Positions 26,867 through 36,489 of a stretch of DNA of 64,000 bases are shown here, piece after piece. The position numbers and the translations under genes were made by a program. Numbering within the stretch: the first letter of the stretch is position 1; each line of letters starts with the position of its first letter. Under the pieces are notes generated by a model that was not told the DNA's origin, made no database searches, and worked only from the letters and a program-made list of their open reading frames with translations. Source of the stretch: Leptospiraceae bacterium (GTDB taxonomy: Bacteria; Spirochaetota; Leptospiria; Leptospirales; Leptonemataceae); the NCBI GenBank assembly GCA_040217195.1, contig JAVJNR010000006.1, positions 186,193 to 250,192 of the forward strand. The letters are read 5' to 3'.

Positions 26867-28696
26867 ATGAACATCCTTTCGGCACAGAATCTGGCCAAAA
26901 CCCATGGGGACCAATTGCTTTTTGAGCAGCTTACCCTGGGGCTAAATGCCGGCGAAAAGCTGGGTGTAATTGGCCGAAACGGTCAGGGAAAATCCACAAT
27001 GGTTCGAATCCTTGCTGGCCTGGATGAGCCGGATAAGGGTGAAGTTGTCCATAAGCGAGGACTGCGAATCGCCTATATGGAGCAGAATCCGGCTGCTCTG
27101 GATATCAGTATAGCCGATTACATCCGTCCAGACGGCCAGAGTATGCCTGTAGGTCGAGTGCGAGAGGTTCTTTCGCTGGTAGGTATTGAGTCGGAGGATA
27201 AGCTTCTATCTCAACTTTCCGGGGGTGGATTGCGAAGGGCTTCATTGGCCCGAGCCTTGTTAAGCGAAGCAGATCTTTTAATCCTGGATGAACCTACCAA
27301 TCACCTGGACCTGGATGCCATACTATCACTGGAAGAACGTCTCATTCGATTTTCCGGGGCCCTGCTATTAATTACCCATGATCGCTATTTTCTGGATCGT
27401 ATTGTCAGCTCCATACTGGAAGTGGACGAAGGTCGGGTTCACAGGTTCGAGGGCGGCTACTCCTCATACCTTGAAAAGAAAGCAGCCATGGAAGAACAGG
27501 CTCGCATCGCGGAGCACAAGGCTCGCAGGTTTCTTTCTACAGAGATAGAATGGCTTCGCCGTCAACCCAAGGCCAGGGGTACCAAGCAGCAGGCACGCAT
27601 TGACCGGATTCAAGGTGTTCAGCAAAGGGATAAGTATCGGGAAAAGAAGGATTTGAAGCTCGTTGGTAAGAGTTCGCGGCTGGGTAACAAGATTCTGGAA
27701 ATACATGATCTATCTGCTCGAATTGAAGACCGGACTCTGTTCTCTGATTTTTCTTATCGCTTTCAGGATGGTGACCGGGTGGGAATCCTGGGGCCCAACG
27801 GATGCGGAAAATCCACATTTCTGGATATTGTGGCTAATCGACGAAGCCCGGATCAGGGCAAAGTAGTGTATGGAGAAACACTTCGTATAGGCTACTTCGA
27901 TCAGATGGCCCGGGACATGCCCAGAGAAATGAGAGTTGAGGAATTCTTTAAGCGAGAAGTGGGTCATCATGCCATTGGTAGTGGATTATCGCCCAAGGAA
28001 TTGCTCGAAGCCTTCCTGTTTCATTCATCGGTACTTTATAGACCTCTGGGTAAGCTTTCTGGCGGCGAGAAGAGACGAGTATTGCTGGTGTCTATTTTGT
28101 TAAACTCACCCAATTTTCTAATTCTGGATGAGCCCACCAATGACTTTGATATTCCCACCTTAACCGCTCTGGAAAGTTATCTGGATAGCTTTCCAGGGCC
28201 TGTGGTTACAGTATCGCATGACAGATGGTTCCTGGATAGAGTAGCCGATCATCTTTTTCTGTTTCGTCCGGATGCATTGATTCAGAACTATGTTGGAAGT
28301 GCATCAGATTTTCTGGTGGATAGAGATGATCCGGAATGGTTGGAGGAGAATGAATGGTCTGATTCGACGCAGGCCGCTGTAAGGTCTGCTGGTACTCATG
28401 CGAAAGTCAAAGAAACGGTAGAATCAAAAGCAGGTGTGGAATCGTCCAGTCCAGGTTCAAAGCCAGGCAGGAAGATGGGTAACAAGGAGCGAAAGGAGCT
28501 GGCTGAAATGCCTGCTCGAATTGAGTCTCTGGAAAAGGAGGTTGCTGAGTTGGAAAATAAGCTATCTTCGGGAAAAGGGGATGGGGAGTTAACTGCTGAG
28601 TGGGGCGCACGGCATGTGCAGGCCAATAAGGAGCTGGAAGCTTGTATGGAGCGATGGGTGGAATTGGAAGAACTACAGCGAAGTCATAAAGGGTAA
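26867..28696 (+). CDS. ABC-F family ATPase (Uup-like) with C-terminal coiled coil
   Basis: Two ABC domains (GRNGQGKST/LSGG/DEPTNHLD and GPNGCGKST/LSGGEKRR/DEPTND), linker WLRRQPKARGTK, no TM segments. Confidence 0.93.
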   Translation: MNILSAQNLAKTHGDQLLFEQLTLGLNAGEKLGVIGRNGQGKSTMVRILAGLDEPDKGEVVHKRGLRIAYMEQNPAALDISIADYIRPDGQSMPVGRVREVLSLVGIESEDKLLSQLSGGGLRRASLARALLSEADLLILDEPTNHLDLDAILSLEERLIRFSGALLLITHDRYFLDRIVSSILEVDEGRVHRFEGGYSSYLEKKAAMEEQARIAEHKARRFLSTEIEWLRRQPKARGTKQQARIDRIQGVQQRDKYREKKDLKLVGKSSRLGNKILEIHDLSARIEDRTLFSDFSYRFQDGDRVGILGPNGCGKSTFLDIVANRRSPDQGKVVYGETLRIGYFDQMARDMPREMRVEEFFKREVGHHAIGSGLSPKELLEAFLFHSSVLYRPLGKLSGGEKRRVLLVSILLNSPNFLILDEPTNDFDIPTLTALESYLDSFPGPVVTVSHDRWFLDRVADHLFLFRPDALIQNYVGSASDFLVDRDDPEWLEENEWSDSTQAAVRSAGTHAKVKETVESKAGVESSSPGSKPGRKMGNKERKELAEMPARIESLEKEVAELENKLSSGKGDGELTAEWGARHVQANKELEACMERWVELEELQRSHKG

Positions 28697-28739
28697 GGCA
28701 GGTTAATTAACCATTCGCAATCGACGAAGGATGACCGGT

Positions 28740-31004
28740 CTAACGAAGGTAATTGTCTAACTTTGAATGCAATTCGTCCAGGTTCAGCGGTTTTGTTAGA
28801 TAATCGTCAAATCCTGCCTCGATGGCATCAGATACCTCGGACTCCATGGCATTTGCCGAAATACAGATTGCAGGTTTATCCCTGTATTCAGGCCAGGTTC
28901 TCAGCTCTCTAATTACATCGAATCCATGCCCATCTGGAAGTCTCTGATCGATTAGTAGCAGATCGATTTGTTCCTTTTTGGCTTTCTCCAATCCCTGTTC
29001 TACCGTCGTGGCCTTATGTAAGACAATGCCCGGAAGATCCAGAAGCACATGTTCCATAAGCCGCATGTTCAAGGGATTATCTTCAATGTAGAGCAGGCTA
29101 CCGTGAACCGCATCCTTTCGCGAATTCTTAAACACGTCCCTGCCAATGGGAGTCTGGGGTAAAGCGGCAGCTGAGTTTGCCACCGGAAACTCCAGGTAGA
29201 ATGTGCTTCCTTCACCTGGTACAGAATTGAAATACAGATCACCGCCCATCAATCGCAATAGATTTCTGGTTAATACCAGTCCAATACCCGTTCCTTCTAT
29301 CTCGGTTGCTTCCATCCCAAGCCTTTCGAATGGGCGAAACAGTTGCGATTGTTTCTCTCTGGGGATTCCGAAACCTGTATCCGTTACAGCAATTCGGACC
29401 CGGTCAGAAACTTCCTGTACTGCAACAATAACTTTGCCCTGGTCCCGATTATACTTGATGGAATTGCTCAGAACATTTAGCAGGGATTGCTGACTTCGCA
29501 ATGGATCTGCCTTGAGGAGGATCGTATGGTCTGGCATTTGAAATTTCAATGTTACGGATTTAGGGTTTTCCAGGGATCCAGACAACTGAATGCATTTCTG
29601 AATCAAATCCGTTGCGGAGACATGACCTATACTAACTTCCAGATCCCTGGATTCCACCCGGGACAGATCCAGCACATCCTCCAGCAAACCCCGCATGTAA
29701 TCACCTGCTTTCAGAATCTCATCTAGCTCCACTCCTCGCCGGGGATCGGGGAGCTTCTTTTTTAGTAATTGGGCGAAGCCAAGAATGGCATTCATGGGTG
29801 TTCGCAGTTCATGACTTAGATTTGAAATGAATTCGGATTTCGCTTTGTTCCGGTCCAGGGCCTGCCGGTGCTCCTCTTCCTGCTTCCGTTCAATCTCTTT
29901 TCGAGCGGTAATGTCCTGGAACGTACCAAATACGCGCAAGCATCGATTGTCCGCCCACTCCGCTTCACCCCTGGATTCCACCCAGATGAATCGGCCGGTC
30001 CAGGTTCTGAGGGGCAGCTCCATTCGAAAACTTTCCTTCGCTTCCATTGCTCGGTACAGAGCGTTCTCAACCTGCTTTCGTCCCTCTCTAGTTGCATAGA
30101 ATGAAATTCCATCCTTTACGTTAGGTATGTAGTTTTCCGGTACTTCATGTATTTGTTTAGTGACCTCGGACCAGAAAAGCTCCCCGGTATCCATGTTGAT
30201 TTCCCATCCACCAACTCCGGCTACCTCGCTAGTTCTTTGTAGAAAGGTCTCCATCTTCAGAAGCTGTAATTCATTTAGTTTCTGTTTCGTAATATCCTGT
30301 ACAATGCCTGTGGATCTGTAAGGTTTTCCGTATTCATCAAAAAATGTACGGCATTTCTCCTTTACCCATTTGATTCTTCCGTCAGGGAAAAGTAATCGAT
30401 GCTCAATTTCGTAAGGCTTCTTTGTGCGAAGAGAATCCCGGTATGCATGGTCCACCCGATCTCGATCCTCTGGATGGATCGTATCCAGAAATGCTTCATA
30501 GGATGCATCGAAGCGATCCGGATCAACTTCGAACATCTCAAAAATCCCGGATGACCAGTGTAGGTCATTGGCCAGCAAATCTAATTCCCATCGTCCAATT
30601 AACGCTATACTTTGTGCTTCTGCCAGCTCCTGGTTTTCTCGCATGGTTTTTCGAAGCTGGGTTTCTCGAAGGGTAATATCCTGGATGCTTCCCTGCAATG
30701 TACCGTCGTAGAGGGAGCCTATTTGCTGCACAATCCTCTGGGAACCATTCGGACCAGGTATGCGATAGTGAACATCTTGAGCAGATGTCTTCTGAACCTG
30801 AGTTAATGAGGTCGTGAATCGGGGACGGTCCTCTGGATGAATAAAGTCTAGAAAATCCGTAACGCTGAGTTCGCGAAGGTCGGGCTGACCAAGTATCTTT
30901 GCAGCCCCTGCATTTATTCGAAACTTATTCTCATCGATTGTCAGAGTCCAGTAACCAACTGGTTCGCCTGAACTAATGTACAATGGAGAATTCATAGCCG
31001 TCAC
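28740..31004 (-). CDS. Cytoplasmic hybrid sensor histidine kinase with three PAS/PAC domains and a receiver domain
   Basis: IHPEDR PAS repeats, SHELRTPMN H-box, NSIKYN, DTGFGI, GTGIGL, receiver IEDN...LLLID...YLTKP. Confidence 0.93.
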   Translation of the reverse strand: MTAMNSPLYISSGEPVGYWTLTIDENKFRINAGAAKILGQPDLRELSVTDFLDFIHPEDRPRFTTSLTQVQKTSAQDVHYRIPGPNGSQRIVQQIGSLYDGTLQGSIQDITLRETQLRKTMRENQELAEAQSIALIGRWELDLLANDLHWSSGIFEMFEVDPDRFDASYEAFLDTIHPEDRDRVDHAYRDSLRTKKPYEIEHRLLFPDGRIKWVKEKCRTFFDEYGKPYRSTGIVQDITKQKLNELQLLKMETFLQRTSEVAGVGGWEINMDTGELFWSEVTKQIHEVPENYIPNVKDGISFYATREGRKQVENALYRAMEAKESFRMELPLRTWTGRFIWVESRGEAEWADNRCLRVFGTFQDITARKEIERKQEEEHRQALDRNKAKSEFISNLSHELRTPMNAILGFAQLLKKKLPDPRRGVELDEILKAGDYMRGLLEDVLDLSRVESRDLEVSIGHVSATDLIQKCIQLSGSLENPKSVTLKFQMPDHTILLKADPLRSQQSLLNVLSNSIKYNRDQGKVIVAVQEVSDRVRIAVTDTGFGIPREKQSQLFRPFERLGMEATEIEGTGIGLVLTRNLLRLMGGDLYFNSVPGEGSTFYLEFPVANSAAALPQTPIGRDVFKNSRKDAVHGSLLYIEDNPLNMRLMEHVLLDLPGIVLHKATTVEQGLEKAKKEQIDLLLIDQRLPDGHGFDVIRELRTWPEYRDKPAICISANAMESEVSDAIEAGFDDYLTKPLNLDELHSKLDNYLR

Positions 31005-31206
31005 TCAATATGACGTTGGTAATGTGAGATCTGTCAGCAACAATATGATGACCGGTACCGAAATACAGTGCATTTTTTGCCTGATTGTCACCGGATTCGG
31101 GCAATCTGCAAACTGGAGTTAGGCGCTAATCCGAGAACGTAAACAGAGCCTAACTTTCGCTATTATGGATCCTTGTCCATGGGCTCTGAAAGTTAGTACT
31201 GTGAGG

Positions 31207-31599
31207 CTATCGTTGGCTTTCCAGGATCTTTCTGGCTTCTTTGAGCAATTCGGTGGCCACTGGAACTCGAATCATCCCATCTTTGTCTGGAGTCATGGAT
31301 TCCGGAGCGTAAACTTCCTCCAGCGAATCGTCCTTCAGTTTATCGGGTCCAATCCATTGAGCGAAAGCACCCACCATCCGTCTGTGAAGATCATCGATCT
31401 TAATATGCGCTCCGGCCTTCTTGTAATAGCCGTAGGCCATTAAGGGGAGCCTCTTTTCATACATATAGAAATCGCCAATTCGAATCAGGCCCTCCTTGTG
31501 GTCTGCTTTGGTGTAGAATTCCCGGGCCCTGTGAAAGTCTTCCTCTTCAAAGGCAGCATCCCCACGGCGGATGAGTTCTTCTCTGATCCTGGCGTCCAT
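31207..31599 (-). CDS. Hypothetical protein with one TPR-like helical repeat
   Basis: LIRRGDAAFEEEDFHRAREFY pattern; 130 aa. Confidence 0.65.
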   Translation of the reverse strand: MDARIREELIRRGDAAFEEEDFHRAREFYTKADHKEGLIRIGDFYMYEKRLPLMAYGYYKKAGAHIKIDDLHRRMVGAFAQWIGPDKLKDDSLEEVYAPESMTPDKDGMIRVPVATELLKEARKILESQR

Positions 31600-31761
31600 T
31601 ATTACTTATTACGGCAGTTTCTAGAAGAAGGGCAAGAGGAAAATGGGCCGAATAACCCGGACTTTGCGCGCCGGTTGGACCGGATTCTGCCCGATCATGG
31701 GCTTTCATTGCAGGCCAGGATTGAGTGGGCTGCCCCTGGAAGATCGGCCGAATTGAAAATT

Positions 31762-32271
31762 CTATTCTGAATCAAAGAGATGCCAGTGTTCCAGATAGAT
31801 TCTCGCTGCAAAATCTTCATCGGTCATTCCGGTAGCATCATGGGCCAGAAAGCTTACAAACCGGGCACATGCAGAAAGCTGCTGCGGATTAAACAGGGCG
31901 AACAGTTCTTCCTTGTGTTTTTTCATCGCCTGATCATCAATATAAGGATCCAGGGCATACAGGGTATTGTCAAGCTTCACCTTGTTCGGATCCTGGTAGT
32001 TCTTCAGATACCAGACCATAAAAGCCGGTAGATAGAATCGAAACCCTACCGGGTCGAGATAGCTCAGGGCGTATTGGCAATTCTCTAAATGTTGCTCGGG
32101 CACTTCCTGCCATGGACCTCTAAAATCTTTCTTTCGGTGCAGTTCAGCGCCAGCAAAATCATAGTTATCCTGGGCTTCTGCTACATGGAGGGTGATTTCA
32201 TCTGGTTGCGGTACGCCGGCAAAAGCATTGCTGATCGTTTCAATGACAGATTGCGCATTGGATGTATTCAT
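31762..32271 (-). CDS. DUF6714-like hypothetical protein
   Basis: AF.GV....ITL..AEA.D and LSYLDPVGFRFYLPAFM pattern. Confidence 0.6.
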   Translation of the reverse strand: MNTSNAQSVIETISNAFAGVPQPDEITLHVAEAQDNYDFAGAELHRKKDFRGPWQEVPEQHLENCQYALSYLDPVGFRFYLPAFMVWYLKNYQDPNKVKLDNTLYALDPYIDDQAMKKHKEELFALFNPQQLSACARFVSFLAHDATGMTDEDFAARIYLEHWHLFDSE

Positions 32272-32372
32272 TGTTATTCGAATCTGATTTGCACAGAACA
32301 GTAAGACTATTCAATATTGGCCCCCAGACGCTGGAGCCGGTGCAATAATCTTCTAGCAATGCGAATTCCGGA

Positions 32373-32723
32373 CTAAGCTGTAGCCGGAGTATTGATGGTG
32401 CAGCGACCCTGAAACACAGTGCCGTCTTCTACAATAAGACTGGGAGTTACTATATCTCCAAAGAGACGACCTGTGGAAAGTAAGACGACTCTGGTTTTGG
32501 CCTGAATGGAGCCTCGAATCTCTCCGCCCACTACAACAATGCCTGCGCGAATATCCGTGTCCACAAGACCACTCTGGCCTACCAGAACCTTACCATCCGT
32601 AACAATTAATCCCTTAAAATAACCGTCAATTCGGATGAGGTCTTTGACTTTGAATTCTCCTCGGAACTCGGAGCCTTCGCCAATCAGGGAGTTAACGATT
32701 AACGATTCGTTGGATTCAGCCAT
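32373..32723 (-). CDS. Bactofilin (CcmA-like polymer-forming cytoskeletal protein)
   Basis: SLIGEGSEFRG...IRIDG...GDIVTPSLIVEDGTVFQG beta-helix repeats. Confidence 0.92.
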   Translation of the reverse strand: MAESNESLIVNSLIGEGSEFRGEFKVKDLIRIDGYFKGLIVTDGKVLVGQSGLVDTDIRAGIVVVGGEIRGSIQAKTRVVLLSTGRLFGDIVTPSLIVEDGTVFQGRCTINTPATA

Positions 32724-33859
32724 TGTTCCTGCAGGTGGTTCATAAATGCGTGTGGATTGTAGGCCACCGTTCCGATGTGAAGCTCGTAGTAAAGCATGTT
32801 CGTAGGTGCCTGTCCTGTATGACCGGATACGCCAATGGGCTGACCTTTGTCCACCTGATCGCCCACTCCCACATCTACTCTATCCAGGTGTGCATAAAAG
32901 GTTTTCATTCCAAACCGATGTTCCACCCAGATATGAAGTCCAAAAATGTCATCGTAATCGATGCTAATAACTTCGCCCGGAGCCGTGCTTACAACTTCCG
33001 TTCCTGGAACTGTGCCTATTTCAATGCCCTGGCGAAACACTTCTTTTCCGCGCAGAGTATCTGTTTGCCAGCCATAAGGACTGAGGATATAGCCCTGGGC
33101 TGGCCAGATACTGGGTGTATTGGTAAGCAGGTTCTGCATTTCCCGAGACTTTAGCTCGGTCAGAATTCGATCGGAAAGCTCCACCGCTCGTTTCAGATTT
33201 TCATTATCCTGACGTGAGAGGAATAGGACCTTTTGCAATAACTCTTCTGTGCGAGATTGATCGCAATCGGAGCCAAGAGCTTTACATTCTTCAACTGCTG
33301 TGCGAAGTTTGGTTAGCTCTTCTTCCATTATCGCCTGGCCGGCTCCGCCCTGGGCATAGGGTTCGGTTCTTTTCCCGCCAAGTTTTAGATATAGTTCTGC
33401 GATGGTATTTGAGTAGCGAGTAATGGTTCCATGCAATGGCAGAATTTCTTCAGCCATGCGAACGCTTTGAAGGTTAAACTGAGAGTTGGACAGGCCCATA
33501 TCATAGAACTGGATGTCCTCTCCGGATTTTCCAACCAGGCTGAATACTGAAATGGTCATTACCACAAGCAAAGTGATAAGCCCTGCACTCAAAGAATACA
33601 ACGTAATATGTGCATTGAAGATCTTCCGCTCATTGTGCGGAATAACCATGATGGTTAGTTTCTCTCTACCCTTTAGATGAACCCATTCCAGGAACTCTCG
33701 GGCATCGTGCTTCCACTTATCCCAGCGGGTAGGCGGTTTGGGGGATTGACCGGGATCACGGAGATAATCCTGCAACTGGGAATAGGACATTGGATCGGAG
33801 TTCTTCTTCCGGCCTTTTCCTGTGGCTTTTCGCTGTTTATTTGTCTTTTTTTCAGCCAT
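32699..33859 (-). CDS. Membrane-anchored M23/LytM-domain protein with degenerate zinc site
   Basis: LTIMVIPH, TM segment, coiled coil, PSIWP..G, YAHL; HxxxD reads RQGIE and HxH reads MLY. Confidence 0.85.
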   Translation of the reverse strand: MAEKKTNKQRKATGKGRKKNSDPMSYSQLQDYLRDPGQSPKPPTRWDKWKHDAREFLEWVHLKGREKLTIMVIPHNERKIFNAHITLYSLSAGLITLLVVMTISVFSLVGKSGEDIQFYDMGLSNSQFNLQSVRMAEEILPLHGTITRYSNTIAELYLKLGGKRTEPYAQGGAGQAIMEEELTKLRTAVEECKALGSDCDQSRTEELLQKVLFLSRQDNENLKRAVELSDRILTELKSREMQNLLTNTPSIWPAQGYILSPYGWQTDTLRGKEVFRQGIEIGTVPGTEVVSTAPGEVISIDYDDIFGLHIWVEHRFGMKTFYAHLDRVDVGVGDQVDKGQPIGVSGHTGQAPTNMLYYELHIGTVAYNPHAFMNHLQEQWLNPTNR

Positions 33860-34251
33860 GGCTCGTTTGCCTCCGCAGGAAGCTCTCCCAGGCTTTGCCG
33901 AACCCTCAATCGATGGTTCAGACTAGCAATGCCTGCACTTTCTGGAAGGTACCCTTTCCTGTCATTTTCATTTTCGGCCCATCATAATCCGCAATCCATT
34001 GTATCGTTGGCCCCTTTTTTGCCCTGCTCCGGGAATCGGGACCGGCCCTGAGAGCCCCGGGTAATCCAATAATCTCAACCGGTTCCGTACCCTAGTACTG
34101 GATCTGGCTGGCCAGGAATCCAGCTTTTTTTGAGCGCAATTTTCTTGATTTTACACTCTGGAACTTTGAGCCCGCACAGGCAATGCGCCCAGAATCAGGA
34201 GTGTAAAAAAGGTTTGCCTGTATGCACAATAGAATGGAGAATCCGTGACCT

Positions 34252-36312
34252 ATGGCAGAAAAAGATAGCAACATGAGTCATGATGCGGAAGGCGGCGGAC
34301 ATACCCATGCTCCGTGGCAGCGCGAATTCTTCAAGAACATCGAAGGTTTTATCAAGTACGGAGTGCCGGAGGAGCGAGCCAAAGAAATCTTAACTAAATT
34401 CCTGCAGCTTTCTGTAAGCACTCCTTTGCCGGATGTGACCAAGACTTTTCAGAATCCGGAGTTGCTGGATGAGGTTGGTGTTCATACCCGACAGGATCCA
34501 GACCTGAGGGATTTCATGGTGGAATTTCTTACTCCGCTGATGCGCAATTTCTCCTTTGAGGGTCGAGAAAATGTGCAGTACATCATGCCCCTTCTAGGCA
34601 AATTTCCAGTGACATTGATTTCGAATCATATGAGTCACCTGGATGCACCTGCCATCTACAATATGCTTTATAATGAAGGTGGCGATGCCAGAAAGATTGC
34701 CGATAAGCTGGTCTTTATTGCCGGCCGCCTGGCCTTTGAACCGGACTTCGCCCGGCTGGCATTATACATGTTTGATACGCTTCTGGTTTGCTCCAAGCTG
34801 GATATGTCTGACAATCCGGGCCTGGCAGATCTGATGACTCGCATCAATATGCGAGCCTTTCGACAATCTCAGCAGCTCCAAAAAGATGGACGTATCATGT
34901 CTATCTTTCCTGAGGGAACTCGTAGCCGTACCGGTCGGCTGATTTCCTTCGTGGACACTGTGTATCACTATGTTGCAAATAAGATCATAATTCCGGTCAC
35001 TCTTGACGGCACCGATAACATTCTTCCCACATCCTCCTTTCTGTTTAATGCGGCCAAAGGTAAGATGGTGCTTGGCAGACCAATACTTGTGGGTAAACTC
35101 CCGGCAAAACAAATGGCCGAACTTCCGGACTTTGTGGACCGACTGGATGTTCCGGATACGGCAGATAAGAAACAATACATCATTGATAACCTGGCTACCA
35201 TTGTAGGGCAGAATCTGCACAAGCACAGGCATGGAACCTATAGAAATCTGTATCTGGCCGATGATCCTAGAAACAATGAGAATCGTCTGATTTCAAAGCC
35301 TGCGAAGCCTTCGGAAAAGGTTGTAGTTATTGGTCACTCTCCCTATGGAACGGCCATCGCTTCCGTGCTTGCAAACAAAAACACGGACATCCTGGTGTAT
35401 ACCGATAACGCAGAAAAAGCGGAAGAGTACAATGCGCGAAGAGTGGATGGAGGATATTTTCCTTTGTTCAAGCTTCCTCCTAATATCAGTTTTACTTCCA
35501 ATCCAGTGGACGTGGAGCAGGGAACACTGTACGTTCAAGCGGCCCGCCCCTGGGAACTGGAAAAGTACTATAGCAGGTTAAAGCTATATCTTACGAAAGG
35601 GGATTCTCCGGTAGTAAGTGTAGTCAAGGGGTTCACTGGTTCCGAGAAGGGACTGATCCTGGATGACCTCTCCAATGAATACGATATCAATCCAGATCGT
35701 CATGTTGTTATGGCCGGGGCTAACTATCCAGAGCAGATTATGGAGCGCAAGATCTCCGGCTATGAAATGGCGGCCAATCGACCGGAGCTCGTAAACGATC
35801 TGGTTCAGCTATTCAGTAGTGCCTATGTATTTGTTCGGCCTGCAGTTAATCCGTCCGATGTTCGCGGTGTTCAACTTGGTGGTGCATTGAAGAATATCTA
35901 TGCCCTGGCCACCGGTTTGCTGGATGGATATTACGAAAGTAGCCTGGGAGGAAACTGTGATAATTCGTTGTTCCACGTTTCCAATCGGTTCTTTCGAGAA
36001 ATGACTGCCCTGGGAACAGCCATGGGCGGTCAGGCTGAGACCTTTGGCGGGCTGTCCGGCCTTACGGACCTGATGCTTGCCTGCTTTGGCGCCGATGCCC
36101 GGGACCGTCAGTATGCACATGATTTTGTAAACGGACAGGCGGATCCGAATCATAAATCTAACGGTGTCTTCGGGGTTCGATCGTTACCCAATTTGATTAA
36201 CCTGAATCCGGATGATTACCCTGTAGCATTTGCCGTACATGCCGTAATGGTCAAAGGGATGGAAGGGGAAAAGGTGCTGGAAAGTATCATGTACAGCTTG
36301 CGAAAATTCTAA
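34252..36312 (+). CDS. gpsA: Fusion of a PlsC-like acyltransferase and an NAD(P)-dependent glycerol-3-phosphate dehydrogenase (GpsA) domain
   Basis: NHMSHLD and FPEGTRS acyltransferase motifs; C-terminal GGALKNIYA and GLSGLTDL GpsA motifs. Confidence 0.8.
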   Translation: MAEKDSNMSHDAEGGGHTHAPWQREFFKNIEGFIKYGVPEERAKEILTKFLQLSVSTPLPDVTKTFQNPELLDEVGVHTRQDPDLRDFMVEFLTPLMRNFSFEGRENVQYIMPLLGKFPVTLISNHMSHLDAPAIYNMLYNEGGDARKIADKLVFIAGRLAFEPDFARLALYMFDTLLVCSKLDMSDNPGLADLMTRINMRAFRQSQQLQKDGRIMSIFPEGTRSRTGRLISFVDTVYHYVANKIIIPVTLDGTDNILPTSSFLFNAAKGKMVLGRPILVGKLPAKQMAELPDFVDRLDVPDTADKKQYIIDNLATIVGQNLHKHRHGTYRNLYLADDPRNNENRLISKPAKPSEKVVVIGHSPYGTAIASVLANKNTDILVYTDNAEKAEEYNARRVDGGYFPLFKLPPNISFTSNPVDVEQGTLYVQAARPWELEKYYSRLKLYLTKGDSPVVSVVKGFTGSEKGLILDDLSNEYDINPDRHVVMAGANYPEQIMERKISGYEMAANRPELVNDLVQLFSSAYVFVRPAVNPSDVRGVQLGGALKNIYALATGLLDGYYESSLGGNCDNSLFHVSNRFFREMTALGTAMGGQAETFGGLSGLTDLMLACFGADARDRQYAHDFVNGQADPNHKSNGVFGVRSLPNLINLNPDDYPVAFAVHAVMVKGMEGEKVLESIMYSLRKF

Positions 36313-36489
36313 ATTACAGGTGTCGAGCCCAGGGCTGCGCAGTATCCCCTTTCTTGTGGTCCTGTTTTTGAATCTATCTGGGGTTACCGGGTTGCGGAAT
36401 GGTCTGCGGTAACGCTGGGCGCCATTTGCGGGCTTTCCTGAGATTCTGATTGCACAGGGTGACAGCGAAGATCCGGGCCGTTACAGAAA

